From contig OY769902.1 in assembly GCA_963669175.1 (NCBI GenBank), positions 3,968,001 to 4,032,000 on the forward strand: a stretch of DNA of 64,000 bases, given 5' to 3'. The notes beneath the pieces are model-generated. The model searched no databases and was not told the origin of the DNA. It worked only from the letters and a program-made list of their open reading frames with translations. The position numbers were made by a program, and so were the translations under genes. Each line of letters begins with the position of its first letter. The stretch's first letter is position 1. The stretch is from a bacterium (GTDB lineage Bacteria > Electryoneota > Electryoneia > Electryoneales > Electryoneaceae). This document shows, piece by piece, positions 49,401 to 59,405 of this stretch.

Positions 49401-51344
49401 ATGGAAGAGGGCGCGTTCCTGATAGATTTACTGCTTCTGTTCGGTACAGCACTTGGCGCTTTGCTGATTATGCGGCTGGTCCGTGGTCCGGTGATTATCG
49501 GCTACCTGATAGCGGGTGCGATTGCCGGTCCAATCCTCGGACATGGTGAGCATATTCATACGCTTGCTGAACTGGGCGTAACTCTTCTCCTCTTCTCCAT
49601 CGGCCTTGAAGTGTCGCCTTCCAAGCTCTGGGCGCTTCGACGCGAGGCTTTGATCGGCGGAACATTTCAGGTACTGCTGACAACCGGAATCGTCTTCGGG
49701 GTTGCGTCCGGTTTCGGTGTACCGCTTCCTGCCGCGCTGGTCCTGGGAATGGCGTTTTCGCTTTCCAGTACTGCCCTGATCCTGCGTCTACTGGCCCAGA
49801 AAGGGTTGATGGACACTCCTTACGGCCGTATCAGTCTGGCCGTCCTGTTGTTGCAGGATATGGTCGTTATCCCCATGACCATCCTGATTCCACTTCTGGC
49901 GGGTGTAGAATCGAACTCGCATGATTCCGGCTGGATGTTCCTGCTGAAAGCTGTGGCGGTATTCGGCGGTGTCATTTTGTTGTCACGCAAGCTGGTGCCC
50001 TGGCTACTGGACAAGCTTGCCACCAGCGGTACACGTGAAGGTTTCCTGCTGGGCGTGTCCGGTATCGTATTCGGGACGGCCTGGCTGACAACCAGCATCG
50101 GCCTTTCCCCCGCTTTGGGAGCTTTCCTCGCGGGATTGCTGATCAGTGAATCGGAACATCGTGTCAATGCGCTTGCGGAAGTCGCTCCGTTTCGTGACCT
50201 GTTTCTGGCGGTGTTCTTCGTTTCCGTGGGTATGTATATAGATCCCAGGGTGTTGTTCGCTTCCCCTGTCATTCCCCTCGCAATCGCTGCCGGGATTTAC
50301 CTTTTAAAATCCGGAATAGTATTTGGATTGGTACGCCTGCTGCGTTACCCGGTCTTGCCGGCAGTACGTTCCGGTGCGTACCTGGGACAGGTCGGTGAGT
50401 TTTCCTTTGTACTGCTATTGTTGGGTACAAGTCTCGGGGTATTGTCAGATATGCAGATGCAGACAGCAGTATCATCCGTTGCGCTGACCCTGCTGTTTAC
50501 GCCATTGGCGGTATCCGGCGCTGAAGCTTGGGCGAAAAAACGAGAGAAGGAAACCGGATCGAAAAAATCTGAACATGCTCCCGGCGGTGAAACGGTATTA
50601 ATCATAGGCTTTGGTCACGGCGGCCGTGCAGTTGCGACTTCACTCAAAGCAGCCGGAATTCCTTATAAGATTGCCGAGATGAATCCCGAGACGGTGAAGA
50701 ACTGGAAGCAGAAAGGCGAACCGATATTGCGTGGCGATGCGGCAACTCATGAGATGCTGGAGGCGTTGGATGCCCATCATGCCGGGACGGCGGTTATCGC
50801 CATCAACGATCCCCAATCCTTACGTGCAGTCGTCATCCGCTTGCGACAGGAAGTGCCTGGTATTTTCATCATTGTCCGCACACGTTACGCCACTGAGATG
50901 ACCGAACTGTACGATCTTGGCGCGAATGAAGTCGTTTCTGAGGAATTCGAAGCGTCGCTGCATATCGTATCGCTGGTTCTGCATCATCTCGGAGTGCCTA
51001 ACGACGTGGTTCTGCGGCATATGGATGAATTGCGTGGAAGCTGCTATCGTCAACTCCGTTCCCCCTCCCTGCAAATGGGTGCGATACGGTCCCTGAAAGG
51101 GTTGGAAGTTCGGCCATTTACCGTAGAGGATACGGACAGAATTGCGGGAAGAACCATACTCGAAATGGCAGTCAGAACGAATACTCAGGCTACAATAGCG
51201 GCGATTATCCGTGACAGCGAACTCTTGCAGGATGTGGCTAATACACGAATACAGCCACAGGATACCCTGATCCTACTTGGACCGCCGCTGGTATTGGATC
51301 AGGCGGTAACCTATCTGGAAAAAGAAAACCTTTCGTTCTCCTGA
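49401..51344 (+). CDS. CPA2 cation:proton antiporter with TrkA-N/TrkA-C domains (KefB/C-like)
   Basis: LLFSIGLE, LSSTA, LLLQD, LGAFLAG, QVGEFSFVL, IIGFGHGG. Confidence 0.93.
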   Translation: MEEGAFLIDLLLLFGTALGALLIMRLVRGPVIIGYLIAGAIAGPILGHGEHIHTLAELGVTLLLFSIGLEVSPSKLWALRREALIGGTFQVLLTTGIVFGVASGFGVPLPAALVLGMAFSLSSTALILRLLAQKGLMDTPYGRISLAVLLLQDMVVIPMTILIPLLAGVESNSHDSGWMFLLKAVAVFGGVILLSRKLVPWLLDKLATSGTREGFLLGVSGIVFGTAWLTTSIGLSPALGAFLAGLLISESEHRVNALAEVAPFRDLFLAVFFVSVGMYIDPRVLFASPVIPLAIAAGIYLLKSGIVFGLVRLLRYPVLPAVRSGAYLGQVGEFSFVLLLLGTSLGVLSDMQMQTAVSSVALTLLFTPLAVSGAEAWAKKREKETGSKKSEHAPGGETVLIIGFGHGGRAVATSLKAAGIPYKIAEMNPETVKNWKQKGEPILRGDAATHEMLEALDAHHAGTAVIAINDPQSLRAVVIRLRQEVPGIFIIVRTRYATEMTELYDLGANEVVSEEFEASLHIVSLVLHHLGVPNDVVLRHMDELRGSCYRQLRSPSLQMGAIRSLKGLEVRPFTVEDTDRIAGRTILEMAVRTNTQATIAAIIRDSELLQDVANTRIQPQDTLILLGPPLVLDQAVTYLEKENLSFS

Positions 51345-51485
51345 AAAATGACAATCTCAGTTGGGGGAGTCCAGAAAAATAACAGCCCGGGTGCAAGCAC
51401 ACCGGGCCACGCAAAAACAAATCAATTTTCGTGTTTCAGCAATCGGTCCTTTTAAATCAACCTTCTTTGCCGAACTCTCTGTACA

Positions 51486-53201
51486 TCAATCCAGTGCCAG
51501 TTTCCAGGCGGGAACCCCTTTCCCTTTCAGGGTATTCAGGAAGGCTTCCGTATCCGCGCCATCGTATTCCGGGACAAGATAGACGACTTCACGGAAGAGG
51601 TGCGAACGCAGGATACGTTGCGCCAGCTCTTCTGTCGGCGATTCACGGAACACTACTGTTCCCGGCAACTTCGCCAACGCGCTTTCCCATTTCCGGTTTC
51701 CCAGCACCACCGCAACCGCGCCCGGTTGCATGAACTGGAGGCCAGCGCCAGCCGATGCGATATCTTCCGCCTCCTGCGCTACTTCTGCTTCGACCAGTGC
51801 CGCAGGACGTGCAGATTCCGCCAGCTCGATCACATCACCCAGTGTCGGGACATACGTTTCCCAACCCAGCTCGGTATGCAGACGATCCGACATGGCCTGT
51901 AGACCGGTATCTTCCCCGTGAACCAGGAAAGTCCGCATGGGTGTACGCATCTTTCGCAACCAGGGCATCATCTCGGAATAGTCCGCATGGCCACTCATGG
52001 ATGAGATGTTGACAATCTCAGCTTTGACCTTGATATGCTGACCATGAATCTTGACATATTCAGCCCCTTCAATCAGCTTCCGGCCACGAGTTTCCTCCGC
52101 CTGGTAGCCAACGATGATGATTGAGTTTTTCGGGTCCGGCAGGAGTCGGCTCATGTGGTGCAGCACACGACCTGCTGTTGCCATCCCACTTGCCGACACA
52201 ATGACCGCTGGGCCTTGGTGATCATTCAATTTCTGGGACTGTTCACGTGTTGTCAGGTAATGGACATTGGGCCGTTTGAACACACGCTCCGCCTGTATTC
52301 CTGCGAGCAACTTGGCCCCAAGCTCTTCCGGGTGACTACGGGTTTCCCAGGTCACCGAAACCGCCATCGGGCTGTCAAGGAATACATCTACCGTGGGAAT
52401 AACCTTTTCATCCATCAGGTCAGCCAGGAAAAATAACATCTGCTGACTGCGTCCCAGCGCAAAAGCGGGAATAACGACTGTGCCGCCACGTTCAAACGTG
52501 CGGAGCATGACGTCAGCCAGTTCCTTCTTCGGATCGCCGCCACCGTGCAGACGGTCGCCGTAAGTGGATTCAAGCAGCAGGAAATCCGCATTTACCGGCG
52601 GATCGGGATCGAGCAGCAACGGCGTGTTGTAACGCCCAACATCACCGGAATAAACAACCTTCGTCGGTTGACCGTTTTCCTCAATCTCCACCACGACAAA
52701 CGCCGAACCAAGAATATGTCCGTTATGCCGGAGCGATACCTTGGCCGTGTCCAAGATCGGCACCGGCTGACGATATGGCAGCGGCACAAACAACGGTAGC
52801 GTCTTCTCTACATCCTGTACCGTGTATAATGGTTCTGGCTTTTCATGCTTGGAATAGCCGAACTTGGTGGCGTGCTTGGCATCTTCTTCCTGTATGTGTG
52901 CGCTGTCTCGCAGCATGATTTCTGCCAGGTCACATGTCGCTCGCGTCGCGTAAACCGGTCCCTTGAAACCTTCCTTGACCAGTTTCGGGAGATAGCCCAA
53001 GTGGTCGATGTGGGCGTGAGAAATGATAACAGCGTCGATTGTCTTGGGATCAACCGGGAATGGTTCACGGTTTTTCAGGCGTAACTCTTTACGTCCCTGG
53101 AACATTCCACAATCAAGCAGGAGTCTGCGATTATGCCACTCGAGAAGGTGCTTGGAGCCGGTTACTGTACCGGCAGCCCCCAGAAAATGAATTGATGCCA
53201 A
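51486..53201 (-). CDS. MBL-fold beta-CASP ribonuclease with extra C-terminal domain
   Basis: GAAGTVTGS, SHAHIDH, GHILGSA, ESTYGDR, SGHAD, LVHGE. Confidence 0.93.
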   Translation of the reverse strand: MASIHFLGAAGTVTGSKHLLEWHNRRLLLDCGMFQGRKELRLKNREPFPVDPKTIDAVIISHAHIDHLGYLPKLVKEGFKGPVYATRATCDLAEIMLRDSAHIQEEDAKHATKFGYSKHEKPEPLYTVQDVEKTLPLFVPLPYRQPVPILDTAKVSLRHNGHILGSAFVVVEIEENGQPTKVVYSGDVGRYNTPLLLDPDPPVNADFLLLESTYGDRLHGGGDPKKELADVMLRTFERGGTVVIPAFALGRSQQMLFFLADLMDEKVIPTVDVFLDSPMAVSVTWETRSHPEELGAKLLAGIQAERVFKRPNVHYLTTREQSQKLNDHQGPAVIVSASGMATAGRVLHHMSRLLPDPKNSIIIVGYQAEETRGRKLIEGAEYVKIHGQHIKVKAEIVNISSMSGHADYSEMMPWLRKMRTPMRTFLVHGEDTGLQAMSDRLHTELGWETYVPTLGDVIELAESARPAALVEAEVAQEAEDIASAGAGLQFMQPGAVAVVLGNRKWESALAKLPGTVVFRESPTEELAQRILRSHLFREVVYLVPEYDGADTEAFLNTLKGKGVPAWKLALD

Positions 53202-53228
53202 CAGATACCTCCAACAGTATGCGAAACA

Positions 53229-54059
53229 CTACTCCGAACGTTCTTTCTTCACCCACTCAACCATCGTCTGCAACCAGAACCACTCTGAGTCCGGTTCCGA
53301 CAAATCGGAACCGAAGTTACTGCCGTCCCGTCCACTATCCTCTTCAATTTCAGGCTGAACAGAACATACCACAACCCGACCGTTTCCATATTCGAATATC
53401 GCTGCCGCAGGAGTCTGCGTAACAGCAAGTGTAGCAATAGATACTGCTGTCGGAGAGATGATGTTGAACTGCGGTCCGCCATGATAAAGAACCTGTACAG
53501 CGCCGATGGATGTCGGGTTAAGATAATACTGGTCAAGATTTACAATTGTCATGGCATAGCTCGGATTCGGCGCGATCAGATCAACCGGGCCTTCAGCGAG
53601 ACCATGATACAATCCCAAACCGTACGCATATGATGTCAAGCGATTAATCACCATGGAATCGGCCGCGAGATACGCTCCCGCTCCCAAACCAATGTAGCCG
53701 CCGCCACGCGAGACAAGGTTAAGAATATTCTGACGTCCTGTATATCCCAGTGCATCCGAGATTTCTTCCGGATCACCTTCACCAATAATAACCACGCCAT
53801 AATTGCGCAATCCCTGCTGGAATGCCGATGCGTCCAACAGCTTTACTTCGCGCCCTGCATTTTCCAGGCAAAGCTGAATCGCAGTTGCCGAGACATCCCA
53901 GACACCGTCGCCATTATAAACCGCAATGGTATCCGAGATGACGCCGTCATCGTCGTCATCGTCATCCTTGTAACAACCGGGAACTGTCAACAGTGAAGTG
54001 AGGAAAATGCCGATGCAGACCAGCATGAACCAGGAAGACGTACGGTAAGACCGGACCAT
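53229..54059 (-). CDS. BPL-N (glutamine amidotransferase-like) domain lipoprotein
   Basis: Lipobox VPGC plus poly-Asp; AVYNGDG, GGGYIGLGAGAYLA, GNGRVV...QPE. Confidence 0.8.
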   Translation of the reverse strand: MVRSYRTSSWFMLVCIGIFLTSLLTVPGCYKDDDDDDDGVISDTIAVYNGDGVWDVSATAIQLCLENAGREVKLLDASAFQQGLRNYGVVIIGEGDPEEISDALGYTGRQNILNLVSRGGGYIGLGAGAYLAADSMVINRLTSYAYGLGLYHGLAEGPVDLIAPNPSYAMTIVNLDQYYLNPTSIGAVQVLYHGGPQFNIISPTAVSIATLAVTQTPAAAIFEYGNGRVVVCSVQPEIEEDSGRDGSNFGSDLSEPDSEWFWLQTMVEWVKKERSE

Positions 54060-54260
54060 CAGGGACACTCCTTGAAACATGAAAGAAATACTTGCATAGA
54101 CAACGTATCTACGAAGCTGACCTGAAGCAAGTGAGCACAGGGGCGCCTGGTTCAAGTTCCCATCACAGTTGTGAAAGAAAACCAACACTTGAAATCATAG
54201 CTCTCTTTCGCCAACAACTTAATAAGCAACAGTTTAATAAAACCTGATCCAGACCTCATA

Positions 54261-54277
54261 CTGGCGCAAATTTTGCT
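54261..54277 (+). promoter_or_regulatory. Putative sigma-54 promoter
   Basis: CTGGCGCAAATTTTGCT, a close match to YTGGCACG-N4-TTGCW, upstream of 54416. Confidence 0.7.
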
Positions 54278-54415
54278 AATATTGCAAAGTAAGCTTCACA
54301 CACATCACACTCCCGGTGGGCGCCGGAAAATCCGTGGGAGAGGCTTGGGTGGTTTGAGTGAACCGATCTACAGGTATCGGCCACAACAACTCCATCTATC
54401 TCGCAGGGAGGCCAC

Positions 54416-55084
54416 ATGCTCACCATATCGACTCGTTTTGTCACCCTCGTTTTGCTTCCGGTATTTGTGTCTGCATTGCTTTTACTGGCCGGTTGCAGTG
54501 GCGGTAAAACGCTCACTCCAAAGATTACGAAATACACCGGCGCTACCTATGGCGGCATCATTGAGGATACGGAGGTTGATGCGATCTCCTCCGCCACCTA
54601 TCCGCGCATCGGAACAGGAGTCCGTGGCGAATTCCAGCTCGCCAACCAGACCTTCGAGACCGGTATCGGCTGGAACTGGCTTGCCCAGGAATTTGAATAC
54701 AATGATCCGGCAGCCGGTTTCGTTGGCACACGTACGCTCGGATATCATCAGCTTCGTGTACCCCTTACCTGGAACATTCCCCTGTTCAAGGACGCTCGTG
54801 GCCGAGCGCCGCTAATTTTCAAGCTGGGCGTGAGTGGTGGCGCTACTCTTGGCGCCTGTATTCGAAACAGCTCCAACCTGCCCAACTATGATTTTACTAC
54901 CCTCGACGCCGGTTTGCAGGCTGGAATGGCTGTATTTCCGTTCCAGTGGAACAGGAAAAAGGATATCGGGATGCTGATAGAGTTCTACCGTGGCACTTCC
55001 ATCTTCGAAGATGCCTATATCGACGCGCCCGATTACGGAAATAACAGTATGATCCTGATTGGGCTGGCAATCAGGGAATGGTAA
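54416..55084 (+). CDS. Lipoprotein / outer-membrane beta-barrel-like protein
   Basis: GGGAGG RBS, lipobox LAGC, alternating beta-strand pattern, terminal aromatic residue. Confidence 0.7.
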   Translation: MLTISTRFVTLVLLPVFVSALLLLAGCSGGKTLTPKITKYTGATYGGIIEDTEVDAISSATYPRIGTGVRGEFQLANQTFETGIGWNWLAQEFEYNDPAAGFVGTRTLGYHQLRVPLTWNIPLFKDARGRAPLIFKLGVSGGATLGACIRNSSNLPNYDFTTLDAGLQAGMAVFPFQWNRKKDIGMLIEFYRGTSIFEDAYIDAPDYGNNSMILIGLAIREW

Positions 55085-55131
55085 TGGGTACTTTCAGAAG
55101 AGTTTTCAACTTGACGTTTACGGAGGCATTG

Positions 55132-55857
55132 ATGAAGCGAATAGTCCTGTTGCTGCCCTTGCTCCTGCTCTTTACTGGCTGTGTCATTGATGATGACGAA
55201 TCGGATGACGGCAGCCGTGCGCAAAAGATGGGCGTAGTCTATGTGGATGCGGACGCCTTGGACCAGCTCATGCTCAGTATCGATAATGGCGATATTGATG
55301 TTTCCCTGTCCTATTCTGATTCTGTCAAAATCGTCTATACCAAAACCGTTGAATGCGAGGAATCCGGGCGAGCGGCCAATTACATTGATGACGTAGTATT
55401 GTCAACGACTGTTCAGGGCGAACGTCTGCTCGTTTATGATGAACTCCCCCAGGATATGATCGACATGACGATTACCATCGATCTGGATATCTCGCTGCCT
55501 TACAGGATGACCATGAGCGCCTCGCTGACCAATGGTGATATCCTCGCCTACCCACTGGTTGGTCTGCACCAGGCAATCCTGATCAATGGTAATATCACGG
55601 CTACTCCCGGCACCCTGAGTTCGGATGAGAGCGTCCAGTTCCAGACAACCAACGGCCATATCAACCTGGGAATGAATTCCAATGCTGATTTTGACTTCAA
55701 TGTCCAGACGATCAACGGCCACATCTCAATTGAGGACTTTGATGACCTCAACCTGGTTCTGACACAGAGCAATCATATGGTGGGATACATGAATGAAGGC
55801 GGATCACTGGCAACACTGCACTCGACGAATGGAAATATCACGTTGCGCGGAGAATAG
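55132..55857 (+). CDS. DUF4097 family beta-strand-repeat lipoprotein
   Basis: Lipobox FTGC; repeated (T/I)NG.I motifs. Confidence 0.8.
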   Translation: MKRIVLLLPLLLLFTGCVIDDDESDDGSRAQKMGVVYVDADALDQLMLSIDNGDIDVSLSYSDSVKIVYTKTVECEESGRAANYIDDVVLSTTVQGERLLVYDELPQDMIDMTITIDLDISLPYRMTMSASLTNGDILAYPLVGLHQAILINGNITATPGTLSSDESVQFQTTNGHINLGMNSNADFDFNVQTINGHISIEDFDDLNLVLTQSNHMVGYMNEGGSLATLHSTNGNITLRGE

Positions 55858-56027
55858 TAGTTGCATTTCAGGGAGTCAGCCGATACTAGGATTCGCGAGA
55901 GCGAATCCTTTTGTTTTCGCCCCCCTTCACATAAACACAAACCACTCCTCCCCCTTCATCTCGCTATCTTCCTTTGTATATTCCAAGTTACGATTGAACG
56001 GGAGATCGTCCGGTTACAGGCGGGGTC

Positions 56028-57041
56028 ATGGGGCCACGATTTAAAGACTATTACACCATCCTTGGGGTTATCCGCACGGCTACGCAGGAGGAGATCCAGC
56101 GTAACTACCGCAAGTTGGCACGGAAGTATCATCCGGATGTCAACAAGGCGGTGTGGGCGGAGGACAAGTTCAAGGAGATCCAGGAAGCTCATGAAGCGTT
56201 GGGCGACCCGGAGAAGCGTGCCCGGTATGACTCCCTTGGTCCGCAATGGCGTGACGGTCAGGATTTCAGCCCGCCGCCCAACTGGGGGCCGACCGCCCAG
56301 TATGGCGACACCATGGAATTCGACTTCGGCGATCAGGCTGCTGGAGAAGATGATCACTCCGATTTCTTCGAGTCCCTCTTCGGAAAAGGTTTCCGGCATT
56401 TTGACGAGCGTTTCGACGCTGCCTGGGAACGCGCAAAAGCGTCCGATCCCCACATGCAGAAAGCACAGACCTCCAAGGATCTCCAAGCAGAGGTGGAGGT
56501 GGCGCTGGAGGAAACGCTCTATGGCTGCACACGTAGATTGACCATCCGGCCAACCCACGCTCCCAACATCAAGCCACGAACCCTCGAGGTGAAAATACCG
56601 AGCGGGATTCGGAACGGTGCGCGGGTACGTGTGCCCGGACAGGGTGTTCCGGGTTGGGCAGGCAGCAAGCCCGGCGACCTCTTGATCACGGTGAAGGTCA
56701 AACCGCATCCGTTCCTCTCCCCCGATGGGGATGACCTGCGTTTGAGCTTACCTTTATCGCCCTGGGAGGCGATGCTCGGCGGACGCTATTACCTGCCTAC
56801 CCTGGAGGGACGTCACGCTACCACCATCCCACCCGGCGCGACCGAAGGATCACGTTTTCGCATCCATGAGCAGGGGCTTGCGGGACGCAACGGCGACCGT
56901 GGAGATTTAATCGTGGAAGTAATGCTGGTTTACCCGCGGGAACTTACGGATAACGAGCGAGTACTTCTGGAGAAGTTGAAAAAGAAAAGCGGTTTCAACC
57001 CGCGACCGTGGGAAGAAGAAAAAGATTTCGGAAAAGAGTAA
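56028..57041 (+). CDS. cbpA: DnaJ class B chaperone (CbpA-like)
   Basis: FKDYY, YHPDVN J domain, no Zn fingers, LSPWEAMLGG, FNPR. Confidence 0.88.
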   Translation: MGPRFKDYYTILGVIRTATQEEIQRNYRKLARKYHPDVNKAVWAEDKFKEIQEAHEALGDPEKRARYDSLGPQWRDGQDFSPPPNWGPTAQYGDTMEFDFGDQAAGEDDHSDFFESLFGKGFRHFDERFDAAWERAKASDPHMQKAQTSKDLQAEVEVALEETLYGCTRRLTIRPTHAPNIKPRTLEVKIPSGIRNGARVRVPGQGVPGWAGSKPGDLLITVKVKPHPFLSPDGDDLRLSLPLSPWEAMLGGRYYLPTLEGRHATTIPPGATEGSRFRIHEQGLAGRNGDRGDLIVEVMLVYPRELTDNERVLLEKLKKKSGFNPRPWEEEKDFGKE

Positions 57042-57085
57042 CAGGCATCCTGCTATGCCCGATGAGTATTGCAGGGTAAAGTGGC

Positions 57086-57331
57086 TGCGAAAAATGGGAC
57101 TGTTACCTTTTCATGTTTTCAAATACAAGACACTCATGGCAATCTGGAAGAAAAGGTAACTGTACCGAATTTTTCGCAAGCTTGTTGTTCTTGATCAATC
57201 GAAAATCCTGGGACAGCTACCTTTTCTGCTATTCGTATACGTTTGAAGGCCAGTAGTCGTCTGTACAATCCATTTTTTTCATTGTGTTCGGGTATTGTCT
57301 CTTGCAGAAAAGTGTAGCAGTCCCGATTTTC
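57086..57331. repeat. Two REPIN-like inverted doublets
   Basis: 57086-57112 pairs with 57150-57178, and 57201-57229 pairs with 57304-57331; core GAAAAGGTA(A/G)C(T/A)GTCCC. Confidence 0.7.
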
Positions 57332-57497
57332 CTGCTGATTTAGTCGCGTGGTTCGATTCATTCAGGATAGGGGTGCGACAACTCTTATAGAACCCGACTA
57401 ACAGAGATAGCACCTTTGCGAGTCGAATACAGCTTACAAAAACAAAAAACAAAACAACAGTAACCATACATACGTTAGCAAGAAGGAGGATAGACCA

Positions 57498-59405
57498 ATG
57501 AGCGACAAGACCGGCGAGAAAGGGAAAACCCTGCGATTCAAGGCAGAGGTGGCACAGCTCCTGGACATCGTGGTCAATTCGCTGTATACGGACAAGGAGA
57601 TTTTTGTCCGTGAACTGATTTCCAACGCTTCAGACGCGCTTGAGAAAATGCGTCGTCTTGCCCTCGTGGAAAAGGATGTCCTGGACAAGGATGCCCCGTT
57701 GGAAATCCGAATCACCACCGATGAAGAAAACCATACGTTTACCATCACCGACACCGGGATCGGAATGAATGCTGATGAAGCCAACCAGAACCTCGGCACC
57801 ATCGCGCATTCCGGCTCACGTGAGTTCATCAAACAGGCAGCGGAAGGCGAACAGCTCGACTTCAGCCTGATTGGTCAATTCGGTGTCGGTTTTTACTCTG
57901 CGTTTATGGTTGCCGAGAAGGTAGAAGTCACCACACGCAGTTACCGTAGCGACGATGAAGGCATACTCTGGACCTCCACAGGCGCCGGTACCTTCACCAT
58001 CAAACCACGTGAAGGCTTGAAACGTGGCACGTCGATTACTGTTTACCTGAAAGAAAAGCAGTACGAATACGCCAAAGAACGCACCATCAAGGATCTGGTC
58101 AAGCAGTATTCCAATTTCGTAGACTTCCCGATTTTCATTGGCGACGAGCAGGTGAATACGGTCGGCGCGCTCTGGACCAAGACCAAGAGCGATATCACCG
58201 AAGAGGAATACAAAGAATTTTACAAGTTCATCGCCAACGCGTTTGATGAACCGATGTACACATTCCATTTCAACGCGGACGCTCCCCTGGCGATCAAATC
58301 CGTCCTCTTCGTACCCGGCGACAACCAGGAGATGCTCGGCCTGGGACGTGTGGAGCCCGGCGTATCGCTCTACTGCAAGAAAGTCCTGATCCAGCAGCAG
58401 GCCGAAGAGCTTCTCCCCGAGTATTTCCGATTTATCAAGGGTGTTATCGATTCAGATGACCTGCCCCTGAATATCAGCCGTGAGACCATGCAGGACAGCG
58501 CGTTGATCGCCAAGATCCGCCAGGTCATGACCGGGCGTCTGATCAAATTCCTCTATGAGGAAGCAAGTTTCGACGCTGAGAAGTATAACGATTTCTTCAA
58601 GAAATTCGGCACCTTCATCAAGGAAGGCGTGTACTCCGACTACGATCACCGTAAAGAACTGGCCAAGCTGCTGCGTTATGAATCCAGCGCAACTAAAGAC
58701 CAGGAACTGACCTCGCTGGACGATTACGTCTCCCGGATGAAAGAATCCCAGAAGGACATTTACTTCATCTCCGGGCCGAACCGTGAAGTGATCGAAGCCG
58801 GTCCCTACCTGGAAGCCTTCCAGCAGGCGGGATTTGAAGTGCTGTACATGTACGAAGGCGGCGATGATATCGTGATGTCCGGCCTGCGTGAATACGCGGA
58901 CAAAAAACTGGTCTCCGCGGATCAGGCTGACATTGATCTTCCTGAAGAAGTGAAAGAAGAAACCGAAGATAAAGAAAAGAAGCCGGAAGGTTTGTCGAAG
59001 GATGACGCCGGTGATCTGGCCAAATGGATGAAGGAAGTCCTTGGCGACAAGATCAGCGAGGTGCGCATCTCGAAGCGTCTCGTCGGCAGCCCGGCGGTGC
59101 TGGTCAATCCCAGCGATCACATGACCACCGGCATGCAGCGTGTGTTACAGGCGGCGGCACGGAATGATTTCATGTTCGGCACTTTCCACCTGGAAATCAA
59201 TCCGAAGCACGCCATCATGCAAAACCTGAACAAGCTGCGCAGCGAAGAATCGGTCAAGGAAATCGCTGAGAACGCGGTCTGGATGCTGTTGGACAACGCG
59301 ACCATGGCTGCAGGATTGATGGTTGACCCGAAAGTGATGATGGAACGCAATACGGCGCTATTGACCACGGCGCTTGAACGGTTTGGACGTGACTCGGAAG
59401 CCTGA
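57498..59405 (+). CDS. htpG: Molecular chaperone HtpG (Hsp90)
   Basis: RELISNASDA, DTGIGM, IGQFGVGFYS, DLPLNISRE. Confidence 0.98.
   Translation: MSDKTGEKGKTLRFKAEVAQLLDIVVNSLYTDKEIFVRELISNASDALEKMRRLALVEKDVLDKDAPLEIRITTDEENHTFTITDTGIGMNADEANQNLGTIAHSGSREFIKQAAEGEQLDFSLIGQFGVGFYSAFMVAEKVEVTTRSYRSDDEGILWTSTGAGTFTIKPREGLKRGTSITVYLKEKQYEYAKERTIKDLVKQYSNFVDFPIFIGDEQVNTVGALWTKTKSDITEEEYKEFYKFIANAFDEPMYTFHFNADAPLAIKSVLFVPGDNQEMLGLGRVEPGVSLYCKKVLIQQQAEELLPEYFRFIKGVIDSDDLPLNISRETMQDSALIAKIRQVMTGRLIKFLYEEASFDAEKYNDFFKKFGTFIKEGVYSDYDHRKELAKLLRYESSATKDQELTSLDDYVSRMKESQKDIYFISGPNREVIEAGPYLEAFQQAGFEVLYMYEGGDDIVMSGLREYADKKLVSADQADIDLPEEVKEETEDKEKKPEGLSKDDAGDLAKWMKEVLGDKISEVRISKRLVGSPAVLVNPSDHMTTGMQRVLQAAARNDFMFGTFHLEINPKHAIMQNLNKLRSEESVKEIAENAVWMLLDNATMAAGLMVDPKVMMERNTALLTTALERFGRDSEA

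Noticed and set aside
57405-57435. CIRCE operator upstream of htpG (also sought upstream of hrcA)
   Set aside because: Only a weak half-site (tagcacc) is present; there is no TTAGCACTC-N9-GAGTGCTAA dyad.
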